From a virus (taxonomy: Duplodnaviria; Caudoviricetes), in the IMG/VR virus record IMGVR_UViG_3300010236_000014, positions 1-26,586 of that record: 26,586 nucleotides of DNA; one strand, given 5' to 3'. Below, in pieces: positions 17,071 to 24,684 of this stretch. Positions within the stretch are counted from its first letter, which is position 1; each line of letters opens with the position of its first letter. A program made the position numbers and the translations under genes. The notes below the pieces were generated by a model, which had not been told where the DNA came from, ran no database searches, and was given only the letters and a program-made list of their open reading frames with translations.

Positions 17071-17184
17071 ATGAATAAGACTGAGCTAATATTTTTTGGA
17101 TCCGGAATTCTTTTTGTCCTTATAACGCAGATACGCAACGCATGGATTGAAAGACAGAGACGCAAGACGGCGGTCAGGTTATGA
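17071..17184 (+). CDS. 37 aa membrane micropeptide
   Basis: MNKTELIFFGSGILFVLITQIRNAWIERQRRKTAVRL; AAGGAGGT RBS. Confidence 0.65.
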   Translation: MNKTELIFFGSGILFVLITQIRNAWIERQRRKTAVRL

Positions 17185-17381
17185 GGGCCAGAGATTTAAA
17201 AACGGGGGATGTCTTTAAGGCGTCCCCTGATTTAATAGTTAGGGTTGATGTGGTCTGTATACTGCATAACTCTATGGTCGGGCTTAAGGTAACGGATCTT
17301 AAAACGGGCGAGCGTCTACATCTCCCACCGTTACCAGCAACCCTGGAGATAGCAATTGAAAGTGGGGTTGAAAATGATTAA
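17181..17381 (+). CDS. 66 aa hypothetical protein (small beta-barrel-like)
   Basis: MRARDLKTGDVF...; ATGA overlap. Confidence 0.6.
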   Translation: MRARDLKTGDVFKASPDLIVRVDVVCILHNSMVGLKVTDLKTGERLHLPPLPATLEIAIESGVEND

Positions 17382-17466
17382 ATTCTTAAAACGAGCATGC
17401 GTTATCCTGTTCCTGGTCGGGCTGTTATTAAACCTGATGACGTTGGCAATGATAATTTTTGATTAA
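17374..17466 (+). CDS. 30 aa membrane micropeptide
   Basis: MIKFLKRACVILFLVGLLLNLMTLAMIIFD; fills the gap and its stop abuts the next RBS. Confidence 0.5.
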   Translation: MIKFLKRACVILFLVGLLLNLMTLAMIIFD

Positions 17467-17476
17467 GGAGGTAAGT

Positions 17477-18385
17477 ATGATAGTAACTAATAAAACGGGC
17501 TTGCCAGAATTCCTTTACAAGGTCATTGAGGAGGCTGTAAACGGGTATTATTACGACTTCAAACCTGACGATACGCAGTTCTCAGCAACGGAGATACTGG
17601 AGAGCCCCGCCTATGTCTGGCTAAAAAGACGGCATGGACACGAGGCAGAACGGGACGCCATAACGGGCTTGTATTCGCTTCAGGGCTCTGTTATGCATGA
17701 ACTGATGAAACGGGCGGGCGGTGATGCCCTCGAAGAGATTAGGCTGTCCCATGTGGTAAACGGGCGGGCGTCTGTCTCCGGAAAATTCGATAGGTTTGAC
17801 GGCGACTTGTGGGATTATAAATACACAACCGTCTGGTCTCACGTATACGAGTCAAAGAAAGACCACTGGGAGAAACAATTGTCAGTCTATGCCTTCCTGC
17901 TTAAACGGGCGGGCTTCCCTGTGAAAGGGAAGCATATAATCGAGATGTTCAGGGACTGGTCTCCAACGGCAGTTATATCTGGTAAGTATAACATGAAACC
18001 CATCGAGATACTGGACTTCTCATGTATGTCAGAGCAAGACACGGAGAAGTTTATAAACGAGCGTATTGAAGAGATACTGGAGTATCGAGACGTTAAAGAC
18101 GGCGACTTGCCTCCGTGTTCAGAAGAGAACCGCTGGACTACCGAACGTAAGTTCGCTGTAATGAAACACGGGAACAAGACAGCTAAACGGGTTCTTAACT
18201 CATGGGTGGAGGCGAAAGACTGGATAGCAAGACAAAAAGACAGCGGTAATCTTTACATTGAAGACAGGCCGGGGACAGACAAACGTTGCCAAGATGTATA
18301 TATTGACCATAACGGCGTGAGCATAAACTACGGTTACTGTCCGTATAACGTTTTTTGCCCTTTTTATGAATCGAGTGTGAAATAA
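17477..18385 (+). CDS. PD-(D/E)XK exonuclease (RecB/Cas4-like recombination nuclease)
   Basis: SATE, GSVMHE, SGKFD..LWDYK, QLSVY and C-terminal RC...YCP..FCP; ATG 17477 after AAGGAGGT. Confidence 0.82.
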   Translation: MIVTNKTGLPEFLYKVIEEAVNGYYYDFKPDDTQFSATEILESPAYVWLKRRHGHEAERDAITGLYSLQGSVMHELMKRAGGDALEEIRLSHVVNGRASVSGKFDRFDGDLWDYKYTTVWSHVYESKKDHWEKQLSVYAFLLKRAGFPVKGKHIIEMFRDWSPTAVISGKYNMKPIEILDFSCMSEQDTEKFINERIEEILEYRDVKDGDLPPCSEENRWTTERKFAVMKHGNKTAKRVLNSWVEAKDWIARQKDSGNLYIEDRPGTDKRCQDVYIDHNGVSINYGYCPYNVFCPFYESSVK

Positions 18386-18398
18386 GCAAAACTAACTA

Positions 18399-18426
18399 TT
18401 GACAATACGAAAATTGTCTGTATAAT
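18399..18426 (+). promoter_or_regulatory. Sigma70-type promoter of the recombination/replication operon
   Basis: TTGACA-16 bp-TATAAT with an overlapping GACAAT/ATTGTC dyad. Confidence 0.75.
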
Positions 18427-18444
18427 CATATAGGAGGTGATGAT

Positions 18445-18717
18445 ATGAGCGAGATGAGTGAACTTGACATTCAGAGAAAGCGGGTGGAAGATATTATCCT
18501 GAGCCTGCCGAAAGACAGAGAGCGAGGGTATGTCGAGGCGTTCGTTGACACAATGGAGCTAATCGCCGACCTTATGACTGGAGGTTACCAGTATGAGATA
18601 GTCGGCTTGCCGGAAGAAGGCAGAGCGGGGCTTGTCGGTTGGTTACAGGTGTATGATGAGGAAGTAAAGTTCCACAATGTTTACAAGTATCCCGATTACA
18701 AAAAGGAGGAATTATGA
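18445..18717 (+). CDS. Hypothetical protein
   Basis: 90 aa; AGGAGGTG RBS. Confidence 0.7.
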   Translation: MSEMSELDIQRKRVEDIILSLPKDRERGYVEAFVDTMELIADLMTGGYQYEIVGLPEEGRAGLVGWLQVYDEEVKFHNVYKYPDYKKEEL

Positions 18718-19349
18718 ATGACGAAATGAATTTGAGAATGGCGTTGGGAAAGAAGATTTTAGACGTGATGTCCGCAATCGGGACAATGGAGAAGGACGGG
18801 AAGAACACGCAGTCTAATTATGACTACATATCGTCCGAGAATATGCTGGCAAAGTTAAAGAAGATTTTGCCAGAGCACAACCTTGCCATTATCCCGTCAG
18901 CAACAGACTTCAAGGAAGAGTATTTCACTGCACAGAATGGGAAGAATGTCCAGAGGTCTATCGTCAAGATGAATTTTCTGCTAATGGACACTGATACAGG
19001 GTTTACATTGGAAGTGCCGTGGGTTGGTGCATACCAAGACTTCGGCGGAAAGTCGTGCGGACAAGCGTTAACAGAAGCCTGTAAGCGTTTTTATTTCAAG
19101 CTGTTCTTTGTGTCCAGTCTTGAGGATAAAGACCCAGACAGCGAAACCGTTGAGTTTAAGCAAGAGAAGTATCCCAGAACAAAGGCTGGTTTTATGCAGT
19201 TCGTCATCGACAGCGGATACACGAAAGAGCAAGTCCCAGACGTTGCACACAAGATACTGGGGCGTAGCCCGTCTGATAAAACCGTGGATATGTGGGTGCA
19301 ATCAAACGGTTGGAGTGCCGAGAAACTACACCACTATTTTAACAAGTAA
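18714..19349 (+). CDS. erf: ERF-family single-strand annealing protein
   Basis: KDGKN..NYDYIS, GQALT.A.K.F..KLF.V...DPD. Confidence 0.85.
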   Translation: MNDEMNLRMALGKKILDVMSAIGTMEKDGKNTQSNYDYISSENMLAKLKKILPEHNLAIIPSATDFKEEYFTAQNGKNVQRSIVKMNFLLMDTDTGFTLEVPWVGAYQDFGGKSCGQALTEACKRFYFKLFFVSSLEDKDPDSETVEFKQEKYPRTKAGFMQFVIDSGYTKEQVPDVAHKILGRSPSDKTVDMWVQSNGWSAEKLHHYFNK

Positions 19350-19643
19350 ATGTCCAGTAAATTATATAAAATACTGGACAAAGGAGAAGTTATGATTGAC
19401 AGGATGAGGAACATAGCCGACAACGTGAAGCGGTATCGGGAATTCAGGGCTATGACGCAAGCTGAATTTGACAACTGGCTTGGGGTCAAGGTCGGGAGCA
19501 CTGGCAGGTTGGAGAGAAACCTTGCCACAAAAGTATCCTACATCTTTGCACTTGAAGACAGCACAAGGATTTCATTTCAGGCTTGGAAACGTGAGCTGAC
19601 AGACGCAGAGATGCTGGATTTGATAGGGAGGGCTAATGTATGA
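19350..19643 (+). CDS. XRE-family HTH regulator
   Basis: IADNVKRYREFRAMTQAEF..LGV...GRLE; alternative start 19392. Confidence 0.7.
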   Translation: MSSKLYKILDKGEVMIDRMRNIADNVKRYREFRAMTQAEFDNWLGVKVGSTGRLERNLATKVSYIFALEDSTRISFQAWKRELTDAEMLDLIGRANV

Positions 19644-20206
19644 ATAAGAGAGAGGTGAAAAAGTTTATCAGGACGTTTGACCCAGAACGTGTCTACGAGT
19701 TCGGGACGCTGAACGGCAATGAATACATTCACGTTTACGAGCGTAGCTGTTCAAAGGACGGGAAAGAGAGCGGGGCTGTATGGCACTATACGATTAAGGG
19801 AATGGGCGATATGCTGTTCGCTAAAGGCATCTATATCGACGGTGTAAAATATCAGCCGGTTAAGATGTTCCCAAACACGAGAACTGACATTTGGCTTCCA
19901 GACTTCGGGATTTTCACAGCTCCAGATAAAGACAGCGAGGAGAAGTCAAGGCCTATTCCTGAGAGTTGGGCACGCAACTATTGGGGTGGCTATATGGCTG
20001 GGCAGTTGAAAGTCGGTGATAAAATTGTGAAGTTCCTGTTAGAGCCCCACGACAATATGACTATTATGAACCCCTGGGCTTGTGCGTCTGGAAAGTATGG
20101 TGAAGTGAACAAGCGACCCGGCTGGCTCTTGTTTATCCTGAACGATAATATCAAAACACGTCAGGATTTCAAGAAGGAACTTAAGAAGATTAACGAGGAG
20201 GTTTGA
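19640..20206 (+). CDS. Hypothetical protein
   Basis: 188 aa; GGGAGG RBS and ATGA overlap. Confidence 0.7.
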   Translation: MNKREVKKFIRTFDPERVYEFGTLNGNEYIHVYERSCSKDGKESGAVWHYTIKGMGDMLFAKGIYIDGVKYQPVKMFPNTRTDIWLPDFGIFTAPDKDSEEKSRPIPESWARNYWGGYMAGQLKVGDKIVKFLLEPHDNMTIMNPWACASGKYGEVNKRPGWLLFILNDNIKTRQDFKKELKKINEEV

Positions 20207-20496
20207 TTATGTTGTTCAAGGAAATGTTCATAGTTGCTTCAGATGTAGAAGATTATGGTGTTCTCAAGAGATTGATAAATACTGGTGGAAGCCAATATTT
20301 GGCTCTGAATGTTTTTTGCCCATATAGTAATCAGAAATGTTCAGTTAGATGCCCATTTTTTGAAATTGAAAATGGTAGCGAAAAGGAAAGGGTAACGGTT
20401 CGGCTGACTTGTGTTGGAAACAAGCGTGTGATTGAGGATATTTACATCAAGGATTTTTTGGAAGCAATTAAAGATTAACGAGGAGGTTTGATTATG
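20186..20496 (+). repeat. 26 bp perfect direct repeat pair
   Basis: AAGATTAACGAGGAGGTTTGATTATG at 20186-20211 and 20471-20496. Confidence 0.9.
20209..20478 (+). CDS. AT-rich Cys-containing hypothetical protein flanked by 26 bp direct repeats
   Basis: CPYSNQKCSVRCPFF...LTC; AGGAGGT RBS. Confidence 0.7.
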   Translation: MLFKEMFIVASDVEDYGVLKRLINTGGSQYLALNVFCPYSNQKCSVRCPFFEIENGSEKERVTVRLTCVGNKRVIEDIYIKDFLEAIKD

Positions 20497-20868
20497 GCTA
20501 ATGTAAACAAAGTGCTGTTGACTGGAAATCTCACAAGGGATATTGAGCTTAAATACACACAAAGCGGGAAAGCTTATGCGAAGTTTTCGATCGCCGTGAA
20601 CGGCTTTAAGAAGGACGAAGTGGATTACATCAACATCGTTGTATGGAACAAGACGGCGGAGCTTTGCAACGAACACCTGAGAAAGGGTTCTCTTGTTTTG
20701 GTAGAAGGACGTATCAGCCAGAACCGATACGAGATAAACGGGGAGAAAAGGTCAACGTATGAGGTTGTCGGCGACAGAATTCACTTCCTGTCCGGAACAA
20801 AAAAGCCCGAGAGTGCCGATGTAAAAGACAGCGAGTTTCATTACGGCGATGAAGACATCCCGTTTTGA
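20494..20868 (+). CDS. ssb: Single-stranded DNA-binding protein
   Basis: NKVLLTGNLTRDIELKYT, VLVEGRI and C-terminal DEDIPF. Confidence 0.95.
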   Translation: MANVNKVLLTGNLTRDIELKYTQSGKAYAKFSIAVNGFKKDEVDYINIVVWNKTAELCNEHLRKGSLVLVEGRISQNRYEINGEKRSTYEVVGDRIHFLSGTKKPESADVKDSEFHYGDEDIPF

Positions 20869-20896
20869 GTGACGACATTCATCAGGGAGGTAGCGA

Positions 20897-21262
20897 ATGA
20901 CAAAAAGAAGGAAACGTAAAAAGAAGATAGATATGTCTGAGCTTAAGGAACGCGAGCTTGCTTGGGAATACGTCTTAAATAACGCCCTGACACCACGAGA
21001 ACGGCTTTTCTATGACTGGGCGGTAAATCCTATGGATAAACGGAAGATAACCGTTGTGGGGCGTTCTATGGGGCTCACAAAGACACAGTCGTTTTATACC
21101 GTAAGGAAACTTGTGTCTGCGGAAGTGATAGACGTGAATTATATACTTGAGAAAGGACGCCCGTATAAGCCCGATGTATGGGAAAACCTTGATGAGTTCG
21201 GGAAAGAGCTTAAATTGAGGATGTATCAGCAATGGGTAAAGTATTATCAGAAGGTGGTGTGA
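20897..21262 (+). CDS. Hypothetical basic protein, possible winged HTH
   Basis: LTPRERLFY...VGRSMGLTKTQSFYTVRKLV; GGGAGGT RBS. Confidence 0.6.
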   Translation: MTKRRKRKKKIDMSELKERELAWEYVLNNALTPRERLFYDWAVNPMDKRKITVVGRSMGLTKTQSFYTVRKLVSAEVIDVNYILEKGRPYKPDVWENLDEFGKELKLRMYQQWVKYYQKVV

Positions 21263-21264
21263 GT

Positions 21265-22038
21265 ATGACACATACTTTTAATACTGAGGTTGCAAAAATA
21301 GTTGGTGTGAATGCCGCCGTCATCTTCGAGAACATTGTTTTTTGGTTAAAGAAAAACTTGGATAACGGCAAGCACATTATTGATAACAAAGTCTGGACTT
21401 ATTCATCTGTCAATGCGATGCTTCAGTCTTTTCCCTATCTCACTGACGGACAAATACGTGGGGCATTGAAGAAGTTGCAGGATGAGAACCTTATCGAAGT
21501 AAGACAATTCAGCGGATACAACCGTGTGAATTGGTTCACCGCTAACGTTGACGCCATTTGCAAATTTTACCAATTCCATTTGCAAATTTCAACGCTTCCA
21601 TCTGCAGATTTGAACGCTTGTATATATAATAATATAACAGATAATAATACAGATAGTAATACAGATAGGGACGACCCAAAGTTTTTTGAACTTCAAAGTG
21701 AATACGATAACGTTAGCCTGACCCAGAACGAGTTCGAAAAGCTGTGTGATTTGATAGGGAAAGACGCCGTGATTAAGGGGCTTGATATTCTGGAGGCATA
21801 CAAGACCGAGAAAGGGAAGAAGTATAAGTCTGACTACAGGGCTTTCAGAAAATGGGTAATAGACAGGCTAAAGAATGATTATCCAGACCTCATAAATAAA
21901 AGCGAAAGGAGATATACCACACTCAAAGACTTTAAGGAACACCTCGTGAGAGACCTCGGTTATGTGGAGGGTTCTGTCGAGTTTGAACAAACAGTTGACG
22001 ACTGGAAGAGTGAGCACAATGACAGACCTTCTAATTAA
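21265..22038 (+). CDS. Phage replication initiator (replisome organiser)
   Basis: N-terminal wHTH (AKIVGVNAAVIF..I.FW, WTYSS, FPYLT..QIR.AL.KL), internal iterons, C-terminal NVSLT..EF.KL..GKKYKSDY; directly upstream of DnaB. Confidence 0.85.
   Translation: MTHTFNTEVAKIVGVNAAVIFENIVFWLKKNLDNGKHIIDNKVWTYSSVNAMLQSFPYLTDGQIRGALKKLQDENLIEVRQFSGYNRVNWFTANVDAICKFYQFHLQISTLPSADLNACIYNNITDNNTDSNTDRDDPKFFELQSEYDNVSLTQNEFEKLCDLIGKDAVIKGLDILEAYKTEKGKKYKSDYRAFRKWVIDRLKNDYPDLINKSERRYTTLKDFKEHLVRDLGYVEGSVEFEQTVDDWKSEHNDRPSN
21554..21670 (+). repeat. Iteron replication origin inside the initiator gene
   Basis: CCATTTGCAAATTTTACCAATT / CCATTTGCAAATTTCAACGCTT / CCATCTGCAGATTTGAACGCTT, then an AT tract and ACAGATA(A/G)TAAT repeats; lambda O-like layout. 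Confidence 0.85.
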
Positions 22039-23314
22039 ATCCAGGGACAGCGAGGAGGCTGTTGTCGGTTTCTTCCTGTTGCACATACTTGACGGTGGCG
22101 AGGACGAGACTGCCGATATACTGGCAAGTATAGACTATGACGACATATTGAACACAGACTTGCGTAACATTTACAAGGCTTCGGCAAGATACATCGGGAA
22201 GCCTGTAACAATCGTTGAAATAGCGTCAGCGGGTCATTGCGATATTGAACAGCTGAAGCGTCTTGTGGCTACTTCGACACAACACATCAATATTAAAGCA
22301 CACGTCAAGATGATACTGGATATGTCAAGACGCTACAAGATAGTGAAGCTGACAGAACGTGCAAAGAATAAGGCTCTCTCGCAAGAGGACATCAGCACTA
22401 TCATCGGTGAGATTGAGACGAAGCTTGTCGACATAGACACCAGCGACCCCGACGAAGCCGACTCTGCGGAGAACGTTCTCTTTGAAGTCGTTAACGAAAT
22501 AGAGAGTGCCAAAAAGAACGGCTATGACGAGAGCAAGTTTATCTCGACACATATCCAGTCCCTGGATGACGCCATAGGTGGAATGGAGGGTGGCTGGCTT
22601 GTCCTGATAGGTGCACGCCCAGGTATGGGAAAGACACAGCTCGCATTAATGACAGCCCAGAACATGGCAATGAACGAAGTCCCGACCTTATTCTTTTCGT
22701 TAGAGATGAGCAAAAAGGAGTTAATCCGCAGACTTATCCTCGAAGGGACAAAGGTAACTTTCGCAGAAGCTAAGCACGGTCACATAACCGCAGAGCAGTT
22801 GCAGTCCATACACGCAAAGGCAAGCAAGATACATGCAATGCCGATGTATATTGACGACAAGGGCGGAATAACAATGGCTCACATAGATAACATTGTGAAA
22901 CGCCACGTAACAAAATACGGCGTTCGTTGTGTGTTCATTGATTATCTTCAATTGATTTCCGGAGACGGTTCTAAGTCAGCCTACGAGCGAACGACCCAGA
23001 TTTCGCAAGGCTTGAAGAATATAGCAAAGCGACACGGGGTAACGGTCGTGGCTTTATCGCAGTTGTCAAGACTCAACGAGGCACGAAAGGATAGACGCCC
23101 CGGCTTGTCTGACTTGAGAGACAGCGGTTCACTTGAACAAGACGCCGACATTGTTATGCTTTTATACAGAGACGCATATTACACGGAGAGCATTTCAGAT
23201 AATACTCTTGAAGTGAATATCGCTAAACACAGACACGGGTCGGTCAGAACGGTGAAGCTGTATTACAATCCGTCAAGGGGAACAATAAAAGATTTCGAGA
23301 GGAGTGTTTTGTGA
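22019..23314 (+). CDS. dnaB: Replicative DNA helicase
   Basis: GARPGMGKT, FFSLEMS, IDYLQL, ALSQLSR, DLRDSGSLEQDAD, AKHRHG; probable ATG 22019. Confidence 0.96.
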   Translation: MTDLLIKSRDSEEAVVGFFLLHILDGGEDETADILASIDYDDILNTDLRNIYKASARYIGKPVTIVEIASAGHCDIEQLKRLVATSTQHINIKAHVKMILDMSRRYKIVKLTERAKNKALSQEDISTIIGEIETKLVDIDTSDPDEADSAENVLFEVVNEIESAKKNGYDESKFISTHIQSLDDAIGGMEGGWLVLIGARPGMGKTQLALMTAQNMAMNEVPTLFFSLEMSKKELIRRLILEGTKVTFAEAKHGHITAEQLQSIHAKASKIHAMPMYIDDKGGITMAHIDNIVKRHVTKYGVRCVFIDYLQLISGDGSKSAYERTTQISQGLKNIAKRHGVTVVALSQLSRLNEARKDRRPGLSDLRDSGSLEQDADIVMLLYRDAYYTESISDNTLEVNIAKHRHGSVRTVKLYYNPSRGTIKDFERSVL

Positions 23315-24018
23315 TGGAATTGATAGATGTTTACACAAACGACTTGGACAACTACACATTGCGTGAGTTTATTATGGAACAGCTTCTGGACATGGGGCGT
23401 AAGATTGAATGCAAGGAGGATGTGTATAGCGAGATAGCAGTCCTGACGGAAACGGATGTTGATGACGTGATAGCCTATCTTAATCACAGTGCTAAACCGC
23501 CGAAGATATTTTTGGAAAGTGTCGAATACCACTATGACATAAAATATAAACATCTTGACGGGATATGCAAAAAGATAGCATCCAACAAACGCAGGATTGA
23601 GCACAACAAGGCACAAAGATATAACAGGGTCGACGGTAAAATGAAAATATCTAACAGGCTGAATAAGTTCAAGCGTGAGGCAAGCAGAAGGCATCACCAA
23701 AGAATGGAGATGTTCGAGAAGCTTGATGCCGAATTGCCACGGGACATCAGGGTGAGCGACCGCAACAAGATTATAACAGAAAAAATGGAGCTAACGGAAT
23801 GCACGGCGAAGCGTATCAGAGACGGGCTACGGATTTGGAAGAGAATGGTAAAGAGATACGGACGATTAGAAAACACCATTCCAACAATAGAGCGTCTGAT
23901 TAAAAATGGACACACACCGCACGAGATTTCACGTTTTATCGGGGCAAGCATAACAACGGTGAGAAAAGTTGACAGAATTATGAAAGAAAAACAATCACCC
24001 CTTGACAAACAGGCTTAA
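23311..24018 (+). CDS. Basic protein with probable C-terminal HTH
   Basis: GHTPHEISRFIGASITTVRK; GAGGAG RBS. Confidence 0.6.
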   Translation: MMELIDVYTNDLDNYTLREFIMEQLLDMGRKIECKEDVYSEIAVLTETDVDDVIAYLNHSAKPPKIFLESVEYHYDIKYKHLDGICKKIASNKRRIEHNKAQRYNRVDGKMKISNRLNKFKREASRRHHQRMEMFEKLDAELPRDIRVSDRNKIITEKMELTECTAKRIRDGLRIWKRMVKRYGRLENTIPTIERLIKNGHTPHEISRFIGASITTVRKVDRIMKEKQSPLDKQA

Positions 24019-24030
24019 CGTCATCATAAT
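24002..24030 (+). promoter_or_regulatory. Sigma70-type promoter of the distal accessory operon
   Basis: TTGACA-17 bp-CATAAT followed by GGGAGGT. Confidence 0.7.
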
Positions 24031-24043
24031 CTTATAGGGAGGT

Positions 24044-24481
24044 ATGATTATGAATGTTTACGCATTTAGGGAAGCAAGCAATCTTATGAAAACGTTTTGT
24101 ATAAATGAGCTGAATCTCTCTTATGATGAATGCTCTTGTCATATTGGTTGGTATTATACCACAATATATTTGCCAGACCTTACTCTGTATACAACGTCAC
24201 TGATACTTAAAAAATGCTCTGATAAATCAGAAATTATAACGGCGGACAGGAACGAAGGCGGAGGGTTCTTGGTCGAGATACACGATTACTGTTTATTTGA
24301 TAATACAAAAAATGATGTAGACGATGATTCAGAGTATATCCAAATCAAGTTTAACACCAAACCAGTAGACAAGTTTTTGGGAATATCTGAAAATGAGTCG
24401 AGAATAGAGATGATTTTATCGGAAATGGCTGATTATGGAATAAAGTTGTCAGAGGTTGAATATTGGAATAAGGAGGTATGA
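24044..24481 (+). CDS. AT-rich hypothetical protein
   Basis: 145 aa; flanked by GGAGGTATGATTATGAA repeats; likely start 24050. Confidence 0.7.
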   Translation: MIMNVYAFREASNLMKTFCINELNLSYDECSCHIGWYYTTIYLPDLTLYTTSLILKKCSDKSEIITADRNEGGGFLVEIHDYCLFDNTKNDVDDDSEYIQIKFNTKPVDKFLGISENESRIEMILSEMADYGIKLSEVEYWNKEV

Positions 24482-24684
24482 TTATGAAAAAAGTAATTGA
24501 GGAAAGTTTTTTGAACGAGGTGTTGAACCTGATTGAGTCGGGCGTCTATCAAGTCCCTTACAAGGAAGTAACAGAAATTATTGACCGTCTTATGGACTTG
24601 CGAGAAAGCCGTGAGGATGAGCTCAAGGCGGAGGTGCAAGAGTTGAGAGAGATGTTGCTGTCTCTGGACAAGGAGGAAAAATGA
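24478..24684 (+). CDS. Hypothetical coiled-coil protein
   Basis: 68 aa; AAGGAGGT RBS. Confidence 0.7.
   Translation: MIMKKVIEESFLNEVLNLIESGVYQVPYKEVTEIIDRLMDLRESREDELKAEVQELREMLLSLDKEEK

Noticed and set aside
17477-18385. Cas4 as part of a CRISPR system
   Set aside because: There is no cas1/cas2 or array; the ERF and SSB context indicates a recombination exonuclease.
19350-19643. CI-type repressor or lysogeny switch
   Set aside because: It has no peptidase domain, no divergent cro arrangement and no integrase in the window; lifestyle cannot be determined here.
15733-21670. Possible DGR template/variable repeat pair
   Set aside because: No reverse transcriptase is visible, the differences are not confined to adenines, and the coding copy lies in an initiator linker.
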